Under the pieces are notes generated by a model, which saw only the letters and a list, made by a program, of their open reading frames with translations, was not told where the DNA came from and ran no database searches. Shown one piece after another: positions 48,280 to 57,251 of a DNA stretch of 64,000 bases. Origin of the DNA: an uncultured SAR116 cluster alpha proteobacterium (lineage in GTDB: Bacteria > Pseudomonadota > Alphaproteobacteria > Puniceispirillales > Puniceispirillaceae); contig CABYPW010000005.1 in NCBI GenBank assembly GCA_902520885.1, positions 39,298 through 103,297 of the forward strand, read 5' to 3'. The translations under genes and the position numbers were made by a program. Numbering within the stretch: position 1 is the stretch's first letter; each line of letters starts with the position of its first letter.

Positions 48280-49611
48280 ATGCGTATTGCAATCGTCGGT
48301 TCAGGAATTGCTGGTTTAAGTGCCGCATGGTTATTTCATAAAGAACATGAGGTCAAACTATTCGAGAAAGACAATCGATTTGGCGGGCATGCGCATACCG
48401 TAGAAGTCAAAAAAGGCGAAGACACAGAGCCAGTTGCCGTTGACAGTGGGTTTATTGTTTATAATGAGCTTAACTATCCCAATTTAATTGGGTTGTTTGA
48501 CGCATTAAATGTAGAAACACAAAAAACCGAAATGTCTTTTGGTCTATCTTTATATAATCGTCAATTTGAATATGCTGGTTCTTTGAAAGGATTATTTGCA
48601 CAACCTTTTAATTGGCTTAAACCAAAATATTGGATATTACTTGCAGATTTATACAGGTTTTATAAAACAGCGGTAAATCAAGCAGATCTTGGTCCAACAG
48701 ATGAAACTCTTCAAGAATTAATGATTAGAATGCATATGAGTGATACTTTCATTAATGACCATATGCTTCCTATGGCTGCAGCAATTTGGTCTTGCCCATC
48801 TGATGTGATTATGCAATTTCCAGCACGCTCATTTATAAAGTTTATGGATAATCATAAATTATTAGATTTTTCGGGACGCCCTATTTGGCGAACAGTGAGC
48901 GGTGGATCCCGAAATTACGTGTCAAAAATTATAAAAATGCTTGGATCGAATGCTAGGTGTAATGTTTCGATAAACAAAATTGAGCGGACACAACAAGGGG
49001 TTATTGTTTCGATTGAAGGGGAAAAACCAGAGTTTTTTGATAAGATTATATTTGCAACTCATGCAAATGATACCCTTGAATTATTGCGAGATATAAAACA
49101 AGAGGAATATGATATATTGAGCCAATTTTCTTTCCAAAAAAATAATGTAATCTTGCATTCAGAATCCTCTTATATGCCAAAGAAAAAAATGGCATGGTCT
49201 TCATGGAATTACCTCTCCAATAATTCAGAAAAAAAGGAATTATGTGTAACTTACTGGATGAATAAGCTACAATCTATCTCCAACCACTTTCAGCTATTTG
49301 TGACATTAAATCCTTTTTCTGATTCTCCGATTAAAAAACCTTATAGGCATTTCACCTATTTACATCCAATTTTTGACCAAAAAGCTATAGAAGCACAAAA
49401 AAAATTACATACAATACAAGGACCTCTCCATACCTATTTTTGCGGAGCATGGACGAGATATGGCTTTCATGAAGATGGGATTTTATCTGCTGTAGCGATT
49501 GCAAAAGCATTCAATATTGAAATTCCATGGTTTAGCCCAACAGAAGCCTGCCATGCTCCCAATTGGCTAGACATTTGGGAAAAGAAAGCCATTGAAAATG
49601 CGGAAACATAA
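48280..49611 (+). CDS. FAD-dependent oxidoreductase (amine-oxidase/desaturase-like, COG2907 type)
   Basis: Rossmann N-terminus RIAIVGSGIAGLSAAW..., then LFEKDNRFGGHAHT, and the C-terminal FCGAWTRYGFHEDG typical of this family. Confidence 0.8.
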   Translation: MRIAIVGSGIAGLSAAWLFHKEHEVKLFEKDNRFGGHAHTVEVKKGEDTEPVAVDSGFIVYNELNYPNLIGLFDALNVETQKTEMSFGLSLYNRQFEYAGSLKGLFAQPFNWLKPKYWILLADLYRFYKTAVNQADLGPTDETLQELMIRMHMSDTFINDHMLPMAAAIWSCPSDVIMQFPARSFIKFMDNHKLLDFSGRPIWRTVSGGSRNYVSKIIKMLGSNARCNVSINKIERTQQGVIVSIEGEKPEFFDKIIFATHANDTLELLRDIKQEEYDILSQFSFQKNNVILHSESSYMPKKKMAWSSWNYLSNNSEKKELCVTYWMNKLQSISNHFQLFVTLNPFSDSPIKKPYRHFTYLHPIFDQKAIEAQKKLHTIQGPLHTYFCGAWTRYGFHEDGILSAVAIAKAFNIEIPWFSPTEACHAPNWLDIWEKKAIENAET

Positions 49612-50444
49612 TGGGGCTTATATTAATGCAAGCAGTTAGATTAGCATCTTCAGTTATCACCCATACGAGGCACGGAAAACCATCTCATTTTTTATCTCGC
49701 TCTGGTCTTTCTGTATTTATTGATTTGGATAAACTAGAGATCGCAAATAGTCAAAGTAGCCTGTTTTCAGTGGATAAATTTAATCTCATTTCATTTTATC
49801 AGTCAGATTATGGTGAAGAGTATCTTCAAAAAAAAAGGAATAAAAAATACTCTAAAAATCCACACAAACTTGCAGATTATATTAGAAGTATAGCCCGTGA
49901 ATATCTTCCTAATAAAAGAATTGCGAATATTTTGCTACTCACATTCCCGAGAATTCTTAATCAAAATTTTAACCCAATTTCAGTCTTTATCTGCCAAGAC
50001 CAAAAAGGAAAAGACTGTCTCATAATTTACGAAGTTCATAACACCTTTGGCGACTCTCATAGCTATGTTAGTATTATTGAAGAAAATAACAAAAACCAAA
50101 AACACTTTGCGTTAAAACAAATGCATGTTTCACCATTTTTTCCAACTGATGGTGAGTATATTCTTAACTATAAAAAACGAAAAGATACGTTTTCGCTCAT
50201 TGTACGCTATCTCAGAAATAACAAACCAGCTCTCACAGCCACCATGCGTGGCAATTTTTCTATATTATCGTCTACTGAAATCTTGAAACATATTATTGTG
50301 AATAGACAATTTCCACTAAGACCCCTAATATCGATTCATTTTGAAGCCCTTAAGTTATTTTTAAAAAAATGCATTTATCATCCAAGACCAACACCCCCAT
50401 CAATCCGAATTAGCCAATCACAAACTCGAAAGTTCAATAAATGA
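49611..50444 (+). CDS. DUF1365-family protein
   Basis: 277 aa: ...VITHTRHGKPSHFLSRSGLSVFIDLDKL matches the DUF1365 N-terminal pattern (V.H.R..P..H.F.Y....L.DLD.L). 1-nt overlap with the upstream FAD enzyme and 4-nt overlap with the downstream methyltransferase. Confidence 0.75.
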   Translation: MGLILMQAVRLASSVITHTRHGKPSHFLSRSGLSVFIDLDKLEIANSQSSLFSVDKFNLISFYQSDYGEEYLQKKRNKKYSKNPHKLADYIRSIAREYLPNKRIANILLLTFPRILNQNFNPISVFICQDQKGKDCLIIYEVHNTFGDSHSYVSIIEENNKNQKHFALKQMHVSPFFPTDGEYILNYKKRKDTFSLIVRYLRNNKPALTATMRGNFSILSSTEILKHIIVNRQFPLRPLISIHFEALKLFLKKCIYHPRPTPPSIRISQSQTRKFNK

Positions 50445-51637
50445 CAATAGAGCTATGGAAGTCCCTTAGAATTAAGGCATTAAAAAAGATTTTTGAACAG
50501 ATACAGTTTGGTGAACTGCGAGTCACTTTCCCGGATGGAGAATTGATAGGCTATAAAGGCAATCAAGATGGACCAAAGGCTGATATAATATTATCTTCAC
50601 ACGATTCTGTAAAACACATACTAAAAAGTGGAATCATTGGTTTTTGTGAGGCCTATATGGACGAAAAAATTGAGACCAAAAACCTAGCCTCCCTAATAGA
50701 ACTTGGTTCACTTCATTCCAAATTTCTTAGTCAGAGACTGACTTTTAATCCAATAAAGCAGTCAATATTAAAATTTATTCACTTTACAAATCGAAATAGT
50801 AAAGCCGGTTCGCGCAAGAATATTGCTTACCACTATGACCTCGGCAATGAATTCTATGGAGAATGGCTTGATCCCTCCATGACTTATTCATCTGCCATTT
50901 TTGCGTCAGAACACCAAGGGCTTAATGAAGCTCAGTTTAATAAGTATAAAATAATTTCAGAACTTGCTGAAATAAAATCTGGTGATCGGGTGCTTGAAAT
51001 CGGGTGCGGTTGGGGTGGTTTCATGGAGTACGTGGCTAAGACATATGATGCACATATCACCGGCATTACAATTTCAAATTCGCAGTTTGATTTTGCAACA
51101 AAACGCATGCAATCAGAGGGGTTAACGCAAAATACAGACTTAAAGCTTCTTGATTATAGAGACTTAAACCAAAAGTTTGATAAAATTATTTCAATAGAAA
51201 TGTTTGAAGCAGTGGGTGAAAAATATTGGCCAATTTATTTTAATAAAATAGGACAATCATTAAAAAAAAGCGGAAAAGCAGCGTTACAAATCATTACAAT
51301 TAATGAAAATCAGTTTCCATTCTATCGAAATAATCCAGATTTTATTCAAAGATATATTTTTCCAGGAGGTATGCTGCCATCTCTTGCGGCCCTTCAGAAT
51401 CCCATAAGCAGTGCAGGTTTACAGATAAATGATGCCTATGGGTTTGGTCTTGATTATGCAAAAACACTATCAAACTGGAGAAAACGCTTCGTTAAAGCCT
51501 GGCCAAAATTGGCAAATCAAAAAAAATTTGATAACCGCTTCTTCAAAATGTGGGAATTATACTTGGCTTATTGTGAGGGCGGCTTTAGGGGTGGAGTTAT
51601 CGACGTAAAACAAATGCTAATAACACATAAAATGTAA
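50441..51637 (+). CDS. cyclopropane-fatty-acyl-phospholipid synthase family SAM methyltransferase
   Basis: HYDLGNEFY, MTYSSAIF, SAM motif VLEIGCGWGG, IFPGGMLPS, and the C-terminal W..YLAYCEGGF. Confidence 0.9.
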   Translation: MTIELWKSLRIKALKKIFEQIQFGELRVTFPDGELIGYKGNQDGPKADIILSSHDSVKHILKSGIIGFCEAYMDEKIETKNLASLIELGSLHSKFLSQRLTFNPIKQSILKFIHFTNRNSKAGSRKNIAYHYDLGNEFYGEWLDPSMTYSSAIFASEHQGLNEAQFNKYKIISELAEIKSGDRVLEIGCGWGGFMEYVAKTYDAHITGITISNSQFDFATKRMQSEGLTQNTDLKLLDYRDLNQKFDKIISIEMFEAVGEKYWPIYFNKIGQSLKKSGKAALQIITINENQFPFYRNNPDFIQRYIFPGGMLPSLAALQNPISSAGLQINDAYGFGLDYAKTLSNWRKRFVKAWPKLANQKKFDNRFFKMWELYLAYCEGGFRGGVIDVKQMLITHKM

Positions 51638-51836
51638 CCAAATATTTTTTGAAATTAACCTAAAGAAAACCGGACAATTTTTAAATAAGAATTTATTTTA
51701 TCCTCCTTTTTATTAATTTTGTTACCTATCGCCAAACCAAATAGAGCTCATTTTTTATACCCCAAAATATACAATTTGAACCGATTTAGCACTCAATTCG
51801 TAAAATAAATATTAATTATAATTACACAGGTTTTCT

Positions 51837-52358
51837 ATGAATAAGTTAACAAACACTTATGGAAATACAGCATTATCAGAGAAATTTATTCCTGAAAATT
51901 ATTTTACTGGTAACATTGAAGCTACAGGCGTATTTGTAGACCGTTTTGGTATCATTAGAAGAAGATTTAATGTATCTATCATAGGTAGTAAAAAAGATAA
52001 TGGATTTTCATTAGATGAGTACTTTTTATTCGATGATGGCGAGCAAGAAATTAGGAAGTGGGAAATTGAGAAAATAGACCACGAAACTTACGTAGGAAAA
52101 TGTGAAGATGTATGTGGTGAAGCTACCGGTAAATTATGTAATTCCATTTTAAATTGGCAATATCATTTTAATTTAAAAATGTTTAATCATAAAATTAAAG
52201 TTAAATTTGAGGATATTATGGTTCAACAAACACCCTCAATCATGCTTAATAATGCGAAAATAAAGAAATATGGTTTATTGCTTGGGCAGGTATTCATTTC
52301 TTTTAATAAAAATCCGCAACCATCTTCTTACGCTGAACCACTATATGCGGCCAAATAA
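51837..52358 (+). CDS. DUF3833-family protein (no signal peptide or lipobox)
   Basis: F.G.IEATGVFVDRFG.IRRRFNV.I.G... DEYF.FDDGE...R.WEI... Y.G...DV.GEA.G fits my recollection of DUF3833. An in-frame TAA lies 18 nt upstream of the ATG, so no N-terminal extension is possible. Confidence 0.6.
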   Translation: MNKLTNTYGNTALSEKFIPENYFTGNIEATGVFVDRFGIIRRRFNVSIIGSKKDNGFSLDEYFLFDDGEQEIRKWEIEKIDHETYVGKCEDVCGEATGKLCNSILNWQYHFNLKMFNHKIKVKFEDIMVQQTPSIMLNNAKIKKYGLLLGQVFISFNKNPQPSSYAEPLYAAK

Positions 52359-52389
52359 AAATCATATTTTTCTTTAAGATAATAAATCA

Positions 52390-52833
52390 TTATTGCTTTA
52401 ATTTAAAAATTTTTAGTGAAAGTCGGGTGATAAAGCCAATAACTGGAATTAAAGTGAGTAGTTGACTGGCACTATCCCAATGGTCATGATGCATTGTGAT
52501 TTTACCTTCCGCATTTACTTTCACCTCTGATATGCCTACTATATTTATGACAATAAATCTAAATCTTTTAACTTTTCCAGTTAAACGCCATTTAATATAA
52601 CTTGCTTTTTGTGATTCACTTAAATCCATTATTTCAAATTTTGGGTCTATCATGACTTCGAACATATGACTAAATATGGCAATAAACCTTGTTTTACCAT
52701 AGGTAGTATTAAAGGGGTCAGAGAATTCAATATCATCAGAGACCATCTTACTCAAATCGGCTAAATTTTCAGCGGTCAGTTGAGAAAATAAATGAGCATA
52801 TTTATAAATAAGTGAGTAGTTTTCTGTATTCAT
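52390..52833 (-). CDS. NTF2/SnoaL-like fold protein
   Basis: 147 aa. The size, the alternating beta-strand pattern and the 4-nt overlap with the upstream SDR match the NTF2-like gene usually found in this cluster type. No diagnostic motif was seen. Confidence 0.45.
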   Translation of the reverse strand: MNTENYSLIYKYAHLFSQLTAENLADLSKMVSDDIEFSDPFNTTYGKTRFIAIFSHMFEVMIDPKFEIMDLSESQKASYIKWRLTGKVKRFRFIVINIVGISEVKVNAEGKITMHHDHWDSASQLLTLIPVIGFITRLSLKIFKLKQ

Positions 52834-53570
52834 CGATTAGTTATCCATCTGATCACTTTAAAATAAATACTTTTTGGTAAAATACTTAGAAGTTTCATTA
52901 TTATTACGAAGGCAGTCGGAAAGCATATTTCAAATTTGTTACTTTTAAGGCCTTTAATGATATTATTTGCCGCTTTGCTTGCGGAAATAATTTGTGGCAT
53001 TTTAAATCCGTTTATAGCGGTAGCCTCTGTCTCCACAAAACCCGGACTAATAATTTGTACCTTTATCCCTATCGGAGTTAAATCTATGTGCAACGCCTCA
53101 GCCAAATTACTCAATGCTGCTTTTGTTGGTCCATATGCAGCTGACCTTGGCAATCCTCCGTATCCTGCTGTTGACCCCATGATAACAATATGACCTCTTT
53201 GAAGACCAATAAATTTAGGTATAATACTATCTAGAGAATGAATGACACCCATGTAGTTTACCATCATGTGTCCATAAAATTCTTCAGAATTAACTTCAAG
53301 TCCGCCAAGAGGTAAATATTTTCCAGCATTTAAAATAGCACAGTCAATATTACCACCACTTTTAATACTCTTTTCGATAGCATTTTTGATTTCCAATCTG
53401 TCGCATACATCTGCACGAAAAATATTAATATTTTTATGCTTACCCTTTATTTTTTTAAGATGTTCTATCCGCCTCGCAACCGCACTTACTGTGTGACCTT
53501 CTGATGCTAAAGCAATAGACAGTGCTTTTCCGATGCCAGAGCTGGCACCTGTTATAAAATAATGACCCAT
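52830..53570 (-). CDS. short-chain dehydrogenase/reductase
   Basis: ITGASSGIGKALS, NAG, YGPTKAA motifs. Confidence 0.85.
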   Translation of the reverse strand: MGHYFITGASSGIGKALSIALASEGHTVSAVARRIEHLKKIKGKHKNINIFRADVCDRLEIKNAIEKSIKSGGNIDCAILNAGKYLPLGGLEVNSEEFYGHMMVNYMGVIHSLDSIIPKFIGLQRGHIVIMGSTAGYGGLPRSAAYGPTKAALSNLAEALHIDLTPIGIKVQIISPGFVETEATAINGFKMPQIISASKAANNIIKGLKSNKFEICFPTAFVIIMKLLSILPKSIYFKVIRWITNR

Positions 53571-53673
53571 TTTTCATAAATTCTTTTATTAACTCAGATA
53601 AAATTTTTCTAATTTTTAGATAAGTAAATATAGAGTTTTATCCCTTATCAATACAATAATTTAATGGATGTGT

Positions 53674-54375
53674 TCAGCGCAAACTGCATTGCTCAAACAT
53701 TATTTTTACATAACCACGCAAATTAGATTTAGTTATTAAAGCTTTTAACAGCCATGTTTCTGCTGGTATAACAATATCGAGAGGCAAGCTACCTTTAACA
53801 ATTTTTTGACCACCAAGATATGCTAGCCTTACCTCAATATCCTGCTCTGGATCAAACCAAGGATTGTTCTTGTTGCCTTGGGAAAACGGTGCACCATGAA
53901 CATGAACAAGCAGCCCTCCTTGAAACAAGGACAGGCTTGATTCAGAACCAGTATACAATTCAGTTGCCACTGCAAGCTTATTATTTGCCAGTGATCGACA
54001 ATTAATTGGAGAGGATATTGCAAGCAATGACTGACGTATTTGTTCTAATGAAACGTCAGATTCTAGCAAAAATTTGATTGAATTAGATAAGATTTTATCA
54101 GAATCTTTTAATCCTAAATCAGATATTATATTTCCTGCAGCAAGTTTTTTATTAAGTTGCTGGAGCGATGCTATTTCTTGATTAAGTTGATTTAATTGAG
54201 CTTGTGATTTATCTAACTCATTATTTATATTCTCGTATAAATTTTTTTGATCATAATTTCCCCATTGCCAACCTAGCCAAAGAACTAACCCGATTACACT
54301 GATACGAATTACTAAACTGACATAAATCCGATATTCTTTTCTTCTGTACTTCTCTCTGGTCTCAAAAAAATCCAT
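53674..54375 (-). CDS. hypothetical membrane-anchored coiled-coil protein
   Basis: 233 aa. Basic N-terminus, one TM helix (IYVSLVIRISVIGLVLWLGW), a heptad-like Q/L/N-rich segment (LDKSQAQLNQLNQEIASLQQLNKKL), then a ~130-aa C-terminal domain. No family recognised. Confidence 0.55.
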   Translation of the reverse strand: MDFFETREKYRRKEYRIYVSLVIRISVIGLVLWLGWQWGNYDQKNLYENINNELDKSQAQLNQLNQEIASLQQLNKKLAAGNIISDLGLKDSDKILSNSIKFLLESDVSLEQIRQSLLAISSPINCRSLANNKLAVATELYTGSESSLSLFQGGLLVHVHGAPFSQGNKNNPWFDPEQDIEVRLAYLGGQKIVKGSLPLDIVIPAETWLLKALITKSNLRGYVKIMFEQCSLR

Positions 54376-54598
54376 AACTTATCTCTCATTAAAACCGTTA
54401 CATAACCCCACCAAAATCCAATATTGGCTTTAAAATTATAAAAAATGGCAATTTAAACCAATCAGAGAAGTTGATTTTCTACACATTTGTCTTCTCGACG
54501 TAAATAATTATCTTACTATGTAATAGAAACAAAGACTATTTACATTTTAGTTTGTTTGGTAAACAACATTCCTCTCAGTTAGTTATTAAATTTTAGAT

Positions 54599-55225
54599 AT
54601 GGCTTTAAAGAATCACACCCCAAAACGGGCCTGGCAAAGGATGCTCTCTGGACGAAGACTTAATGTACTAGAGCCCAGTCCACTTGATATTGAAATTGAT
54701 GATATTGCTCATGGTTTATCTAGATTAGCACGATGGAATGGACAAACACTAGGCAATTATACCTTCTCGGTAGCTCAACACAGCATATTAGTTGAGAAAA
54801 TTATGCATATAAATTTTTCAAAACTACCAAATTATTGGCGCTTAGCATGTTTGCTTCATGATGCACCAGAATATGTGATAAGCGACTTAATAACTCCTTT
54901 AAAGTCAGCTCTAGGTTCAGAATACAGAAACATCGAGGAAAATTTGCAAAAGGCTATTCATATACGATTCGGTTTGCCTGCAATTCTTCCAGAAGAAATA
55001 AGTAAATCAATTAAACTTGCAGATAAAATGGCGGCATGGATCGAAGCCACTCAAATCGCCGGATTTAGAATAGAAGAAGCAAACAAGGTTTTTCCCAAAC
55101 CAAAAGGAACGCCTTTGGATATCAAATTAGTAGCAAGCTCACCTAAAAAAGCGAAAGAGGCATTTATTAGGCGCTTCGTTATGCTGGGCGGTGGGAATGA
55201 GAAAATAAATTTTAAATCAATCTAG
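54599..55225 (+). CDS. HD-domain phosphohydrolase (YfbR/COG1896-like)
   Basis: AHGLSRLARWNG...SVAQHS...LLHDAPEYVISDLITPLK carries the H...HD...D metal ligands. Confidence 0.75.
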   Translation: MALKNHTPKRAWQRMLSGRRLNVLEPSPLDIEIDDIAHGLSRLARWNGQTLGNYTFSVAQHSILVEKIMHINFSKLPNYWRLACLLHDAPEYVISDLITPLKSALGSEYRNIEENLQKAIHIRFGLPAILPEEISKSIKLADKMAAWIEATQIAGFRIEEANKVFPKPKGTPLDIKLVASSPKKAKEAFIRRFVMLGGGNEKINFKSI

Positions 55226-55286
55226 AAAGATACTTGTAAAAATAGCTATTCGCATTGTAGAAGAGTGTAAATAGCATGTCAAAAAT

Positions 55287-55373
55287 GGGGGCATGGTGAA
55301 ATTTGGTAAACACAGCAGACTTAAAATCTGCCGACGATAAGTCTTCCCGGTTCAAGTCCGGGTGTCCCCACCA
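55287..55373 (+). tRNA. tRNA-Leu (anticodon UAA), class II with long variable arm, CCA encoded
   Basis: Acceptor GGGGGCA/TGTCCCC (one G-U); anticodon stem GCAGA/TCTGC with loop CTTAAAA; 15-nt variable region; T arm CCCGG-TTCAAGT-CCGGG; discriminator A plus CCA. Confidence 0.9.
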
Positions 55374-55446
55374 AACAAATTAATTATCAAAATCATAACT
55401 AAAGCTCAAGAAAAGGATTTTAAAAAAAATTTAAATATCACTTTAG

Positions 55447-56331
55447 TTGTCCTGCAATGTTGTATCTGTTAATATTATGTTTTTTTTACCTTTATTTGAT
55501 AGACTGAATTCCTCACGAACTCCCATTATTTCTTGGTGTATTTTACTTTTTTGTGTTGTGATATTTTGCTGGCAATTATCACTTGATAGTTACACCCTCC
55601 GTATTGTTACACTTAAATATGGCGTTATACCGTCAGTTATATTTGGACATCAGTCTCTCCCCCCTGAATTACAATTATTCCATCCTTTTCTTTCTATAAT
55701 TAGCTCGATGTTTTTACATGCAGGTTGGCTCCACATTGGATCAAACATGCTTTATTTATGGATTTTTGCAGATAATATTGAAGACTCAATGGGACATGTC
55801 AAATTTGTGATATTCTATATCATTTGCGGTACTGTAGCAGCTTTCGCACAGGGATTTATTGACCCAGAATCAACTACTCCTATGATAGGGGCCTCTGGTG
55901 GAATAGCTGGTATATTAGGTGCCTATATTGTTCTACATCCGAGGGCACCAATTCAGGTTTTAATGATAATTTTAATTTTTATAAGATTTATAAGTATGCC
56001 TGCGTGGATTGTATTAGGAGTCTGGATAGGAACTCAATTTGCTGCGGCGCCTACTAGCTTTTCACAAGAGGCCGGTGTGGCTTATTTTGCCCATATTGGG
56101 GGATTTTTAGCAGGTGCTTGCCTCATACCATTTTTTAAACGAAGAGATATACCGTTGTTTGGTAAACATGAAACTGTGATATCAAAATCAGATTTTACAG
56201 ACCCCATTTCTTTTGATGAGGTAAAAAAACGAGCTAAAAAAAAATATACTTATCAAAAATTCGAAGGAAAGACGAAAAAAGGGTCGCTTCCAACATTTAA
56301 AAAAACTCCAAAGGGGCCTTGGAATAGCTAG
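55447..56331 (+). CDS. rhomboid-family intramembrane serine protease
   Basis: HAGWLHIGSNM, catalytic GASGGIAGILGAY and AHIGGFLAG. The likely start is ATG 55477; basic C-terminal tail. Confidence 0.9.
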   Translation: MSCNVVSVNIMFFLPLFDRLNSSRTPIISWCILLFCVVIFCWQLSLDSYTLRIVTLKYGVIPSVIFGHQSLPPELQLFHPFLSIISSMFLHAGWLHIGSNMLYLWIFADNIEDSMGHVKFVIFYIICGTVAAFAQGFIDPESTTPMIGASGGIAGILGAYIVLHPRAPIQVLMIILIFIRFISMPAWIVLGVWIGTQFAAAPTSFSQEAGVAYFAHIGGFLAGACLIPFFKRRDIPLFGKHETVISKSDFTDPISFDEVKKRAKKKYTYQKFEGKTKKGSLPTFKKTPKGPWNS

Positions 56332-56376
56332 CAAACCCGTATTTCTAAATTAAATAATCAAATTCAAAAAAATAAA

Positions 56377-57126
56377 CTAAACAGCATCTTCCGCTTCATA
56401 ACCAGACTGTCTTACTAACACACATAACTCGTTCGCAGCTTTCACTACCGTATTCTTGTCGAGCCCTGTTAATACTACTGCTGTTCCAAATTGTCCCGGC
56501 TTAAACCAAGGATAACTTCCAACAGAAACTGTTTCATATCTATCACTTATCCGCTCTAGAATATGTGCAACATTTCCCTCACCTGTTTGACATTGCACAG
56601 TAAGCCTGGTTGGAATTGTACCTTTTTTTAAGCTAGGTGCGATACCATCAAACATTGACTGCATGATAGATGGAACACCTGCCATTACATAAACATTTTT
56701 TAGACAAAATCCAGGTGCTGCACTTACTGGATTATCTATTAAAGTTGCCCCAATAGGAATATCGGCCATTTTTTTTCTAACTTCGTTTAGTACAATATCA
56801 GTCCCCTTATAATGCTGCTCGAGCCGATGCAATGCTTCCCGATTTCGTTCCACGGAAACACCAAAAGCTTGGGCAACAGATTCAGTTGTAATATCATCGT
56901 GGGTTGGTCCAATGCCACCAGAAGTAAAAACATAATCATTTGAGTTAGATAAATCAGTAATATGACGAATTATTATTTCTTTTACATCTGCAATAATTCG
57001 TGCTTCCGTCAATTGAATGCCTAATTCTGTAAGTTGATCTGCTAACCAGCCAATATTCTTATCCTTTGTTCTACCAGAGAGAATTTCATCACCTATGATA
57101 CATATTGCTGCTGTCGGATTTGCCAT
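56377..57126 (-). CDS. CinA-like molybdopterin-binding (MoCF_BD) domain protein
   Basis: AAICIIGDEILSGRTKDKN, FTSGGIGPTHDDIT, VYVMAGVPSIM. Confidence 0.8.
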   Translation of the reverse strand: MANPTAAICIIGDEILSGRTKDKNIGWLADQLTELGIQLTEARIIADVKEIIIRHITDLSNSNDYVFTSGGIGPTHDDITTESVAQAFGVSVERNREALHRLEQHYKGTDIVLNEVRKKMADIPIGATLIDNPVSAAPGFCLKNVYVMAGVPSIMQSMFDGIAPSLKKGTIPTRLTVQCQTGEGNVAHILERISDRYETVSVGSYPWFKPGQFGTAVVLTGLDKNTVVKAANELCVLVRQSGYEAEDAV

Positions 57127-57251
57127 TTACCTATGTCTCCAAGTATATCATTACTATAATGTTAGATATTTAAGTTAATTTATGTAAGGCTTATATAACG
57201 TTGTCGCTAAAATGCAAATAGACGTTTAGTATTCTTTATAAAGGATTAAGA

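Noticed and set aside
55287-55373. tRNA-Leu as a possible genomic-island attachment site for the 41-54 kb stress block.
   Set aside because: There is no integrase, no direct repeat of the tRNA 3' end in the window, no visible compositional shift, and housekeeping genes lie on both sides of the tRNA.
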